The translations under genes and the position numbers were made by a program. The notes beneath the pieces are model-generated. The model saw only the letters and a program-made list of their open reading frames with translations. It was not told the DNA's origin and did no database searches. This document shows, one piece after another, positions 45,896-54,420 of a stretch of 64,000 bases of DNA. This DNA is from a virus. Lineage: Duplodnaviria > Caudoviricetes. The number at the start of each line of letters is the position of its first letter. The first letter of the stretch is position 1. Where the stretch lies: positions 1-64,000 of IMG/VR virus record IMGVR_UViG_2930337131_000001. One strand, written 5' to 3'.

Positions 45896-47086
45896 ATGCA
45901 CGCTCTGCCTCAAGACCACACCGGGGTACGAATCGCGCGTCTCCGTCGGGAGCGCCATCTCACTCAGCAGGGTTTGGCCGACCTCTCAGGAGTCCCGTAC
46001 AACACCCTGACCAAGATCGAGCAGGGCAAGTACGCGGCCACGCCGCACGCGATTGCTTGCCTGGCCCGCGCTATGCGCGTGGAGGTCTCCACCATCATCG
46101 GGCAGCCCTACAAGGCCGAACTGCGCGCCGACGAACTGGACGTGTTGATAGCGCCGATCCGGGAGGCCCTGGACGTCTACGACCTGGGCGTTGACCCCGA
46201 CATCTCGGCCCGCCCGCTGCGGAACCTGCTGGAGGACTCCGAGAGCCTGTGTGCAGCCGTACGGGCCGGAGAGATCAAGCGGGCGGCCAGTGACGTCGCC
46301 GGACTGATCGAGGAGGCAACCACCGCGGCGCACCAGCACGGCAGCAGCGACGGATGGCTGATCCTCTCCTCCCTCTACCGCACGTCGTACGACGTGGCGA
46401 CGAAGCTGGGATACGCCGACCTGGCGCAGCTCTCCCTCGCCCGGCTGGACTGGGCCTCGCAGCGAGCGGGCAGCGCGGTGTTCGGCGGCGCGTACCAGTA
46501 CTTCCGCGCCCTCACCTACTTGCGGGAGGGGAAGTTCCGCACCGGGCAGCGCCTCGTCGACCTGGGCCTGCGCACCATCAGCCAGGCGGAGCCCTCACGA
46601 GAGCGCGACGTCGTAACCGGGCAGCTCCACCTCGGCGGGTCCGTGATGGCCGGCCGGGCGCACAACGAGTCCCAGGCCATGGACCATCTCGCCGAGGCCG
46701 ACACCATCGCGGCCCGCACGGGCGAGTCCCCGCGGGTGCTCTGGATGGCGTTCGGCGAGACCAACGTCCGAGTGCACCGGGTGTCCGTCCTCGCCGAGCT
46801 CGACAAGTACGACAAGGCCGTCGCGGCGGCCGACAACCTCCTCATCCCGGCCGACTGGCCGAAGTCCCGGACGAGCCACCACTGGGCTGAAGTCGCCCGC
46901 GCGCAGATGTGGACGGGCAAGCTCGATGCGTCGTTCGCCAGCCTGCTCAAGGCGCGGAAGACAGCTCCGCAACAGGCGAAGTACCACCCGATGGTGCGGG
47001 AGACGTACGCCAGTTTGGAGGCCGCACACCGCCGGCTTCCCGACACCTTCCTCTCGTACGGCAGTTGGCTGGCCAGCCAAGTCTGA
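45896..47086 (+). CDS. XRE-family HTH regulator with helical (TPR-like) sensor domain
   Basis: RLRRERHLTQQGLADLSGVPYNTLTKIEQG. Confidence 0.85.
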   Translation: MHALPQDHTGVRIARLRRERHLTQQGLADLSGVPYNTLTKIEQGKYAATPHAIACLARAMRVEVSTIIGQPYKAELRADELDVLIAPIREALDVYDLGVDPDISARPLRNLLEDSESLCAAVRAGEIKRAASDVAGLIEEATTAAHQHGSSDGWLILSSLYRTSYDVATKLGYADLAQLSLARLDWASQRAGSAVFGGAYQYFRALTYLREGKFRTGQRLVDLGLRTISQAEPSRERDVVTGQLHLGGSVMAGRAHNESQAMDHLAEADTIAARTGESPRVLWMAFGETNVRVHRVSVLAELDKYDKAVAAADNLLIPADWPKSRTSHHWAEVARAQMWTGKLDASFASLLKARKTAPQQAKYHPMVRETYASLEAAHRRLPDTFLSYGSWLASQV

Positions 47087-47102
47087 CGCTGCGTAAACCC
47101 TT

Positions 47103-47138
47103 GGCCCTAACTGGTATGAACTCATGCCAGTTAGGGCC
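47103..47138. promoter_or_regulatory. 17-bp inverted repeat (operator or terminator)
   Basis: GGCCCTAACTGGTATGA-AC-TCATGCCAGTTAGGGCC. Confidence 0.6.
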
Positions 47139-47189
47139 TAGTTGTGGCCCCACCATGTCGTCACTGGCCATTTCGACATGGAGCCGACC

Positions 47190-47693
47190 ATGACGACTTA
47201 CCTTGCGGACCAGGTGCGCACCCGTCGAAGCGCGCCCGGAACCGCCCCAGAGCCGAGAAGCCCCGGAGACACCCGGACAGCGCTCGACATGTCCATCGAG
47301 CGCCGACCCGATCCGGAAACCGGCGGCCTGTCCGCGGCAGATGCCGCCTGGCCCCGACGCCTCCGCCGTATCGTCCGCGCCAGCCTCATCCACTGGGGCC
47401 ACCCCGGCATGGTCGATACCGCGCTACTGCTCGTCACCGAACTGGCCACCAACGCACTTCAGCACGGCAGCGGCCCCGCGATCGGAGTCCGCATCTTCCT
47501 CCAGGGCGACCACTGTGTGATCAAGGTGACCGACACCGCCGGGTCCCCCACCCGTCCCCGGCTCCGCGCCGCCAGCCCCACCGACGAGAGCGGCCGCGGC
47601 CTCTTCCTCGTCGAGGCCCTGGCCGCGGAGTGGGGCGTCAGCGACGACGGCACGCGCGTCTGGTGTCTCTTCCCCGTAGGGGGCACGTCCTGA
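47190..47693 (+). CDS. HATPase_c (RsbW-like) ATP-binding protein
   Basis: ELATNALQHG, VTD, ESGRGLFLV..WG. Confidence 0.85.
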   Translation: MTTYLADQVRTRRSAPGTAPEPRSPGDTRTALDMSIERRPDPETGGLSAADAAWPRRLRRIVRASLIHWGHPGMVDTALLLVTELATNALQHGSGPAIGVRIFLQGDHCVIKVTDTAGSPTRPRLRAASPTDESGRGLFLVEALAAEWGVSDDGTRVWCLFPVGGTS

Positions 47694-48157
47694 TGCCCTC
47701 CACCGCCTGCGTCCGCCGCGGCAGCGAGAACGCGCCCCGCTGGAATCATGACGTCGAGCCCGCGCAGCGCCCGGAAGAGGCCGCAGTGCTGGACGCCCTG
47801 GCGAAGTTACGGGCCTGGAGCCCCTACAACGGGGATGACTGGCTGGACGACGTCGCGGATGCCCTCGACACCGTCGCACCGGCCGAAGACCAGGTCGAGG
47901 AACTCGCCCAGCGCTTACGCGGGTACCTGATGCAGCTCGTCGCCATCGCCGCCGGCGACGAAACCGAGAAGCGCGACGCGCGCGCGGCACTCCGCATCAC
48001 CCGGGCCCGGGACATACGAGAAGCAGAGATGCCGGGCGACTACCGCCAGGCCGTCGGCCACCTGCGCCAAATGGGATGGGCCGTGAACGAGCTGCTGGAC
48101 CTCCTCGTCGAACTCGGCTGCGTGAAGTCCCCGGACTCCCTGAGCGAGGCACTGTGA
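47693..48157 (+). CDS. helical protein (DUF6415-like)
   Basis: ELAQRLRGYLMQL; TGATG overlap. Confidence 0.55.
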   Translation: MPSTACVRRGSENAPRWNHDVEPAQRPEEAAVLDALAKLRAWSPYNGDDWLDDVADALDTVAPAEDQVEELAQRLRGYLMQLVAIAAGDETEKRDARAALRITRARDIREAEMPGDYRQAVGHLRQMGWAVNELLDLLVELGCVKSPDSLSEAL

Positions 48158-48627
48158 ACGCCCCAGAGACCTCGCTCGCCGTTCCGGCCGAAGCCGAGTT
48201 GGCCATCGCTCGCTCCCTCTCCACCGACCTCCCCGGCGTCCCGTACGCCGTTCAGGGAGCGCGGTTCTGGGTTCGGATGTCCGTCACGGCCCTGTGCTGG
48301 CAGGGCGACATCCTGCAAGCGGTCGAGGTCATCAGCCGACTCGTGGACAACGGTGTCCGCCACGGCATGCCCGCCGACGTACCCAAGGACGAGCGGCGCC
48401 TGGTTCTGTCCGCTGCCGTCGCCGAGACCGGCGAGCTCCTCATCGACGTGTCCGACCTCAACCCCGCGTTCCCCGACTTCGACAGAGCGGTGGCGGGAGA
48501 GAAGGGGCGCGGCCTGTGGCAGGTCGCCCGCCTGGGCGCGCGCATCATCCGGTTCCTGCCGCACGAAGGGGCCGGGAAGACCGTACGGGCCGTACTGCCT
48601 CCTGGACCGGTGAACCCCTATGCCTAA
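48154..48627 (+). CDS. second HATPase_c-like protein
   Basis: LVDNGVRHG, VSD, GRGLWQV, GKTVRA. Confidence 0.7.
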   Translation: MNAPETSLAVPAEAELAIARSLSTDLPGVPYAVQGARFWVRMSVTALCWQGDILQAVEVISRLVDNGVRHGMPADVPKDERRLVLSAAVAETGELLIDVSDLNPAFPDFDRAVAGEKGRGLWQVARLGARIIRFLPHEGAGKTVRAVLPPGPVNPYA

Positions 48628-49315
48628 GCAGCTCCATTGGGGGGACCTGCGCGTCCCCTACATCACGGCCTGGAGCGCCGAGGTCGTTCCCCAGCCCGAT
48701 GTCGTCCGGGTCACCCGACGCGGCGGCGAGGGCATCGGGTACGAGGACGAGGACCCCGTCATCGATCGCCGGCACGAGGCCTTGTGGGTGCGTTCCGGCA
48801 TGGCCCGCGGCCGCGGTGCGCCCGACTTCAGCCGCATCAACTCGCTCCGGCAGAAGCGGGCGATGCGATACGACCTGTGCCAGCTCTGCGGGTTCACGGT
48901 TCTGGGCACGCGGGACGACGAGCGAACCCTGTGCCTCATGGGTGGCGACAGACCGATCGCGGAGGGGGAGACGACGACGGCACCCCCGGTTCACCCCGCG
49001 TGCGCCAAGTACTCGATCGAGAACTGCCCGCCTCTCCGCCGCAAGCACGCGGCCGCGCTCGTCGACGTCAGCCGCCTGTGGGGCGTCGCTGGTGTGGTCT
49101 TCGACCCGGTCACGATGCAGCCGCTTCCCAGCACCGGATCGCGACCTGGCGACCTGGACCACGTTCACGTCGCGGACAAGGCCATCCGGTGGACCCTGGC
49201 CAACTTCACCGTGCACAGCCTCCATGGCGTCACACCCGTGTCCACGGATGAGCTGTACGCCATGGCTGAGCGCGAGCCCGGCCTACCCGACGGTGAGCGC
49301 GTGAGCGCCCCCTAG
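48620..49315 (+). CDS. Cys/His-motif hypothetical protein
   Basis: VPYITAWS, LCQLCG, PPVHPAC..CP. Confidence 0.7.
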   Translation: MPKQLHWGDLRVPYITAWSAEVVPQPDVVRVTRRGGEGIGYEDEDPVIDRRHEALWVRSGMARGRGAPDFSRINSLRQKRAMRYDLCQLCGFTVLGTRDDERTLCLMGGDRPIAEGETTTAPPVHPACAKYSIENCPPLRRKHAAALVDVSRLWGVAGVVFDPVTMQPLPSTGSRPGDLDHVHVADKAIRWTLANFTVHSLHGVTPVSTDELYAMAEREPGLPDGERVSAP

Positions 49316-49563
49316 ATCCTGCCCGGCGGCCCGGTGCCGATATGGCCCTGGCCCTCGGGCAGCACAACCCCGGCGCGCAGAGACCTGCCTTTCCCCTCCC
49401 CTGGGCAAGTCCCGACGCCGGCATGTCGGCCCTGCAGTCCAGCGATGCCACGCCCCGGACTGCAGGGCCGACGCCCGGGTCGCGGTACCCGGTCCGCCGA
49501 CTCCCCTGCGGGCGGCCGGTGCCGCGGCCCGAACCATCACCCCGACGCTCAACGGAGGAAACT

Positions 49564-50541
49564 GTGACCGACCTTGGATTGCCGAGCGTGCCCCGTCAGC
49601 AGCACAGGGAGCTGGGCGGAGGCATCGGGTACGCCTTCAACGGACAGCACTTCGACGCTCCGGCAGACGCCAGCGTCGCGGACATCGCGAGCACACTCGA
49701 CGCGCCGCTGTCCGTGATCGTGCAGGTCACCAAGCGCTGTGACTTCGACTGCTCGTTCTGCTCCGAGATCCTGCAGATGCCGGATCCCACCCTCGAGCAG
49801 CTCGACACCATGCGCCGGAACCTGGCAGGAGTCAGCCGGGTGTTCCTGTCCGGCGGTGAGCCCCTGATGCGCAAGGACTTCGGGGAAGTCGTCGACATCT
49901 TCGCCGACCACCACATTGTCGCCGTGCCCACGAACGCCACCCACGCCCTGGACCACGCGCGGAACATCGCCGGGAAGATCTCGTACGCCAACGTCGGGTT
50001 CGAGGGCCCCCGCGCCGCCTTCAAGCGGGTCCGCGGCGACTACGACAAGACGATGGCCGGCGTCCGCGTTCTGCAGGAGCACGGCATCCCCCTCGCCCTG
50101 TCCGCCGTCGTCTACCGCTCCACCCTGTCGGTGCTGCCGTACACCGTGCAGATCGCCGACGTCCTGGACGCCACGAAGGTGAAGCTGATCCTGCCCCTGC
50201 GCAAGGGCAACGCCCTGAACCTCGCCGACCACGAGTTCATCACCACCGAGGAAGCGGAGACCACGTTCGCGCGACTCAAGGAGCAGCGCGCCGAGATGCA
50301 GTGGTCCCCGGCGCTGCGGCTGACGGCCTGGACGCCGCAGAACGAGGGGCACATGCTCGTCGTGGAACCGAACGGCATCGTGAGGGCCTGGCCGGTCTAC
50401 GACGCCCCGGACCTCTGGGAGAACCTCGGCAACATCCTCGAGGAGCCCATCACCGAAATCTGGAAGCGGTACCGCTTCAAGGAGAACCACATCTCCAAGT
50501 ACGTCGGCCGCTCGATCCACGCGGTCACGCAGGGGGTGTGA
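49564..50541 (+). CDS. radical SAM enzyme
   Basis: CDFDCSFC (CxxxCxxC), SGGEP, PTNA; GGAGG RBS before GTG 49564. Confidence 0.9.
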   Translation: MTDLGLPSVPRQQHRELGGGIGYAFNGQHFDAPADASVADIASTLDAPLSVIVQVTKRCDFDCSFCSEILQMPDPTLEQLDTMRRNLAGVSRVFLSGGEPLMRKDFGEVVDIFADHHIVAVPTNATHALDHARNIAGKISYANVGFEGPRAAFKRVRGDYDKTMAGVRVLQEHGIPLALSAVVYRSTLSVLPYTVQIADVLDATKVKLILPLRKGNALNLADHEFITTEEAETTFARLKEQRAEMQWSPALRLTAWTPQNEGHMLVVEPNGIVRAWPVYDAPDLWENLGNILEEPITEIWKRYRFKENHISKYVGRSIHAVTQGV

Positions 50542-50542
50542 C

Positions 50543-51331
50543 GTGCTCGAACGCACCAACCTGGGATGGCCCGAGACGCCATACGGCTCGGTCACCAGCC
50601 CCGTGCAGAAGCCCGGGACATGGTTGACCGGCATCTTCCTGCTCTGGGGCGAGGCCGGCGACGACCCGATCCTCATGGGCGCCGCTGCGGTGTTCATGAA
50701 GATCCACCGCACGCAATCGCTACCCGTCTCCGCTCCGCTCATGAACTTCGGGTACAGGGTGCTGATCCCGCAGGCCCTGGGCGAGACCGCGGCGATCGTC
50801 CGGCAGCTCGACACCGTGCTCGTCCAGGCCCGCCGCAAGTCGCAGATCCTCGCCTGGCACAACGGCGCCGACGACCTGCACGTCCTGCGGCAACTCCCCC
50901 GGGCCGACGACGAGCCGCGCCACCCGGGCGTGACCGCCATCGCCGACGCCTGGAAGGACCGCAGCACCCGCGAACGGGGCACCACGCTGTGCGTGGACAC
51001 CAGCCACGATCTCGGACCGGCCGGACTGATCAGCGACACCGCAACAGCGCACGGGCTCGAGCCGCTCAAGTCGTTCGCCGGCCAGCAGCAACAGGCCAGC
51101 GCGCAGGAGGCGTGCGACGCCCTCACGGAGGACCGGGACGCAGCGTTCTCGCCGGACGCCCTGGCCGGCAGTGCCCTGTCCTCAGCCCTCGCTACGGCAC
51201 TGATGGGAGGTAAGCACACCGGCCGGCTGCACTGGGACGAGCCGCTGAGTCTCTTCCAAGCACTGTCCGAAGCCGCGTGGGAGGCGGCCCCCTCACTTCT
51301 CGGCGGCGTGGCGTCGGTACGGAGCGAGTAG
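50543..51331 (+). CDS. degenerate RNase H/DEDD-like protein
   Basis: LAWHNGADDLHVL, CVDT; resembles next gene but lacks DxE motif I. Confidence 0.5.
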   Translation: MLERTNLGWPETPYGSVTSPVQKPGTWLTGIFLLWGEAGDDPILMGAAAVFMKIHRTQSLPVSAPLMNFGYRVLIPQALGETAAIVRQLDTVLVQARRKSQILAWHNGADDLHVLRQLPRADDEPRHPGVTAIADAWKDRSTRERGTTLCVDTSHDLGPAGLISDTATAHGLEPLKSFAGQQQQASAQEACDALTEDRDAAFSPDALAGSALSSALATALMGGKHTGRLHWDEPLSLFQALSEAAWEAAPSLLGGVASVRSE

Positions 51332-51392
51332 CGTCCCGGCGGGGCCGTGCGCACCGGGCGTGCGGCCCCGCCCTACCCCAGGAACACCACAC

Positions 51393-52253
51393 ATGATCAT
51401 CACGAGCAACTTGCCCAGCACCCGCTCCCTGCGACCCCCTCCCCTGCACTCGGGAGATGTGCGGATCGCGTCCGTCGACGTTGAGTGGACGAAGAACTAC
51501 CGGATCAAGAACGGGCAACGCCCCTTCTGCTTCAGCGTCGCCTGGCTCGACCTGCCTGCCGACGGGACACCGGACCTGGCGGACGTCCCGTTCGAATGGA
51601 CCAGCCTGTACGTGGATGAGCCCGACGAGATGGATGAGCTCATCCGGCGCGCCGCGCAGACGCTGTCCGCGGCCGCGGAGACCGCCACGATCATCACCGG
51701 GCACCAGTTCTGCAGCGACCTGGCCGTCCTGCGGTCGAACGCTCCCGCGGACGCGCTGCAGGAGCTGGAGCGGGCCCGTGAGCAGTGGAGCGGCCGTCGC
51801 ACGGCCGACCCCACCGCGAGCCACTACGTCGACACCCGGTATGACGCCGGGCACCTGCTCACCGGAGCGTCGCGCCGCCTGGTCGACGTGTGCACGGAGC
51901 TCGGCCTGGACGTCACCCAGCCCGAGCTCAGCAAGACGTCCATGCCCGAGTGGCACCGCCGTTGGCTCAACGACGGCAACGAGGAGGGCCGGGAGCGCGT
52001 GAGCGTCCTCAACCTCCGGCACTCCCTCTCGACCGCCTACGTCGCCGCCCGCAGCGCCGGACTCGCGGTGTGGGCCGCCGACGGCCTGAACGTCAACCGA
52101 GTCATCGCCGAGGGCGCAAAGGGCGCCTGGGCCTGGCTCGAGAACCCCGTCTTCACCAACCTTCTGGAGGTCCCGTGTCCGTCCGCGAGTGCCGCGTTAT
52201 CGCCGTCGAAGGCACCCAGGCCGCAGGCAAAACGACGTTCGTCCACGCCCTGA
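51393..52253 (+). CDS. DEDD/RNase H-fold 3'-5' exonuclease-like protein
   Basis: ASVDVEWT (Exo I), TGHQFCSDL (Exo II), VDT. Confidence 0.6.
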   Translation: MIITSNLPSTRSLRPPPLHSGDVRIASVDVEWTKNYRIKNGQRPFCFSVAWLDLPADGTPDLADVPFEWTSLYVDEPDEMDELIRRAAQTLSAAAETATIITGHQFCSDLAVLRSNAPADALQELERAREQWSGRRTADPTASHYVDTRYDAGHLLTGASRRLVDVCTELGLDVTQPELSKTSMPEWHRRWLNDGNEEGRERVSVLNLRHSLSTAYVAARSAGLAVWAADGLNVNRVIAEGAKGAWAWLENPVFTNLLEVPCPSASAALSPSKAPRPQAKRRSSTP

Positions 52254-52786
52254 CCGCGCACCTTCGAGAGCAGAGCATCGGCGTCACCTGCACCGGCGAG
52301 CCCGCGCGCACCAGCCCGTTCATGGAGGACATCGTCCTTCACGGGACAGGGCCCTTCGACCTGGTCGCGGAGCTCGACCTGTTCGCCCAGCACTTCACCG
52401 TGCCGCTGCGCGCCGCCCGGCACCACCAGGTCCTCATCACCGACAAGACCCCCGCGAACGTCCTGGCCCTGGCCGGTCTGGTCCTCGACCCCACCGAGCC
52501 GGGCACCGCTTCCGTCCTCGCCGCGGCGGAGGCGATGTGTCGGGCCTGGATGCCCATTGCGTACGACGCGATCGTGTACTGCCGGGACCGCTACGACCAG
52601 AAGGCCGGCGGCGACCGCATGAGGGAGAAGGTCCTCGGCCTCCAGGACGACGCGGACACCGCCATCTACGACGCGTGCCGCGCCACGGGCGTGCCGATGC
52701 TCGAGATGCCCACGGGCCTGACCGTGTCTGAGCGTGTCTCGTGGACTATGCAACGCGTTGGAGACATGGGGCTGATCGCTGTCTGA
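52175..52786 (+). CDS. P-loop nucleoside-monophosphate-kinase-like protein
   Basis: IAVEGTQAAGKTT, EPAR, LITDKT; GGAGG RBS. Confidence 0.8.
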   Translation: MSVRECRVIAVEGTQAAGKTTFVHALTAHLREQSIGVTCTGEPARTSPFMEDIVLHGTGPFDLVAELDLFAQHFTVPLRAARHHQVLITDKTPANVLALAGLVLDPTEPGTASVLAAAEAMCRAWMPIAYDAIVYCRDRYDQKAGGDRMREKVLGLQDDADTAIYDACRATGVPMLEMPTGLTVSERVSWTMQRVGDMGLIAV

Positions 52787-52841
52787 TCCCGGCTAGAGTC
52801 CCCTACCGGCAAGCGCCCAACCGGTCGGAGGACAACGCACC

Positions 52842-53285
52842 GTGCCCCAACTGCCCGTGAACGACGTAATGCTCATCCTCGAGCGCGACGGGGCCGTGTG
52901 CCTTGCCGAGCGGCAGGGCACCGGCTACGCCGACGGGAAGCTGAACCTGCCGTCCGGGAAGCTCGACCCGGGCGAGGACGTGTTCGACGCCGCGCTCCGC
53001 GAGCTCGAGGAGGAGACCGGCGTCAAGAGCACCCGGGACGCCCTGCGGATCGTGCACGTGATGCACTTCCGCAACCCCGAGGGGGAGCCTCGCGTGGGCT
53101 GGTTCTTCGTCGTCCAGGATTGGGAGGGGGAGCCGCGGAACATGGAGCCGCACAAGTGCGCCGGCCTGTCCTGGCACCCCGCGGACCACCTTCCCGACAA
53201 CACCGTCGAGTACAACGCGCTGGGGATCGCCCACTACCTCAAGGGTGAACAGTTCTCCGTGCACGGGTGGGACAGGTCCGCGTAG
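52842..53285 (+). CDS. Nudix hydrolase
   Basis: GKLDPGEDVFDAALRELEEETG; NMEPHKC. Confidence 0.92.
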   Translation: MPQLPVNDVMLILERDGAVCLAERQGTGYADGKLNLPSGKLDPGEDVFDAALRELEEETGVKSTRDALRIVHVMHFRNPEGEPRVGWFFVVQDWEGEPRNMEPHKCAGLSWHPADHLPDNTVEYNALGIAHYLKGEQFSVHGWDRSA

Positions 53286-53377
53286 AGCCGGGGGTGTAAC
53301 AGATCACGGCCGTTGACGTTCGGGCAGTGAAGGGGGTTGGCCTTTATGTCAACCCCGCAGTGACCCGGAGGAACGGT

Positions 53378-53983
53378 GTGACGACCGCGACAGCTCCCAT
53401 CTCGCCCGAGGCCGGCCGCTCTCATCTGCAGGAGAGCCTGTTCTCCTGGCTCGAGCCCGAGCCCGCCCCGAAGACGCGCGTAGCCAAGCCCACCGGCGAG
53501 CCCGCGCGCTCGCCGGTGGCCGAGGCGTTGATGCTCGAGGAAGCGGCCCCCGCCACCGCGCCGGTGGTCACGGCCGAGACGAAGACGCTCGAGGAGTCCG
53601 CCCAGGAAGAACCCCCGGTCGCCCCGGCCCCGCCTAAGAAGCGGGACCTGTCCCACGTGTGGGTCGTGGCCGCAGAGATCGAGGTCAACCCGAAGATCGC
53701 GAGCGTCGCCGACTACCGCGGCAGCTTCAAGACCACCGAGGGGCAGCGTGTCGACGCGCTCGAGGTGTATTGCAAGGGCTGCCGCCGCCCGTACGACGAG
53801 GTCAAGGGCCGGGACTGCGCCGAGAAGATCGACAACAAGCACCTGATCGGCGGGGACCAGAGCGTCCGCGCGAAGCGGAAGATCCCCGTGCCGCCCGCGA
53901 ACGCGAAGATCATCCCCGGCGGCACGATCAACCGGCGCGGCCTCGGCGCCTACGTCTCTGGAGTGTCCCGCCCCAAGCGCTGA
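53378..53983 (+). CDS. hypothetical protein
   Basis: GGAGG RBS; CKGC..C..H. Confidence 0.7.
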   Translation: MTTATAPISPEAGRSHLQESLFSWLEPEPAPKTRVAKPTGEPARSPVAEALMLEEAAPATAPVVTAETKTLEESAQEEPPVAPAPPKKRDLSHVWVVAAEIEVNPKIASVADYRGSFKTTEGQRVDALEVYCKGCRRPYDEVKGRDCAEKIDNKHLIGGDQSVRAKRKIPVPPANAKIIPGGTINRRGLGAYVSGVSRPKR

Positions 53984-53989
53984 GCAGCA

Positions 53990-54027
53990 CGCGACACTAA
54001 CCGCGGCCGCTGTCCATGGTGCGCGGC
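53990..54027 (+). promoter_or_regulatory. Class B promoter-like motif before portal operon
   Basis: CGCGAC-N19-CATGGT-GCGCGGC-GTG. Confidence 0.6.
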
Positions 54028-54420
54028 GTGACTACTCAGCAACCTCAGCCGTCGATCGTCGATGACCTGACCGACCCGGACATCATCGGCCCTGCGGGTC
54101 CCGACGCGAAGATCGGCCGGGAGGCCTTCGGGCTTCTCCTGCTCTCGTTCGGTGTGCTCGGCGGCCTCGGTGCGCTGGGCGCCCTGCACTGGGTCGCCGG
54201 TCTGTCCGCAGCTCTCATCGGCCTGTGCGCCAGTGGCGTCGTCGTCCGCCGCAACAGCAAGCAGCGATGGCAGCAAGACGCCGGCGCCATGGTCGCCTTC
54301 GCTGCCTACGCGGGGCAGACCGCCCTCCTGTTCTACCTGCTGCAGCCGCTCGGGTGGCTGGCCGTCAGCGCCCTCGGCATAGCCGCCGGCCTGTGGCTGT
54401 CCAGCGATGAGGGGGCCTGA
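54028..54420 (+). CDS. multi-pass membrane protein
   Basis: About 4 TM helices; TGATG overlap with portal. Confidence 0.7.
   Translation: MTTQQPQPSIVDDLTDPDIIGPAGPDAKIGREAFGLLLLSFGVLGGLGALGALHWVAGLSAALIGLCASGVVVRRNSKQRWQQDAGAMVAFAAYAGQTALLFYLLQPLGWLAVSALGIAAGLWLSSDEGA

Noticed and set aside
49564-50541. Calling the radical SAM a bona fide viperin, QueE or RiPP maturase
   Set aside because: Viperin and QueE signature motifs are not evident, there are no SPASM cysteines and no clear precursor peptide; left as family unknown.
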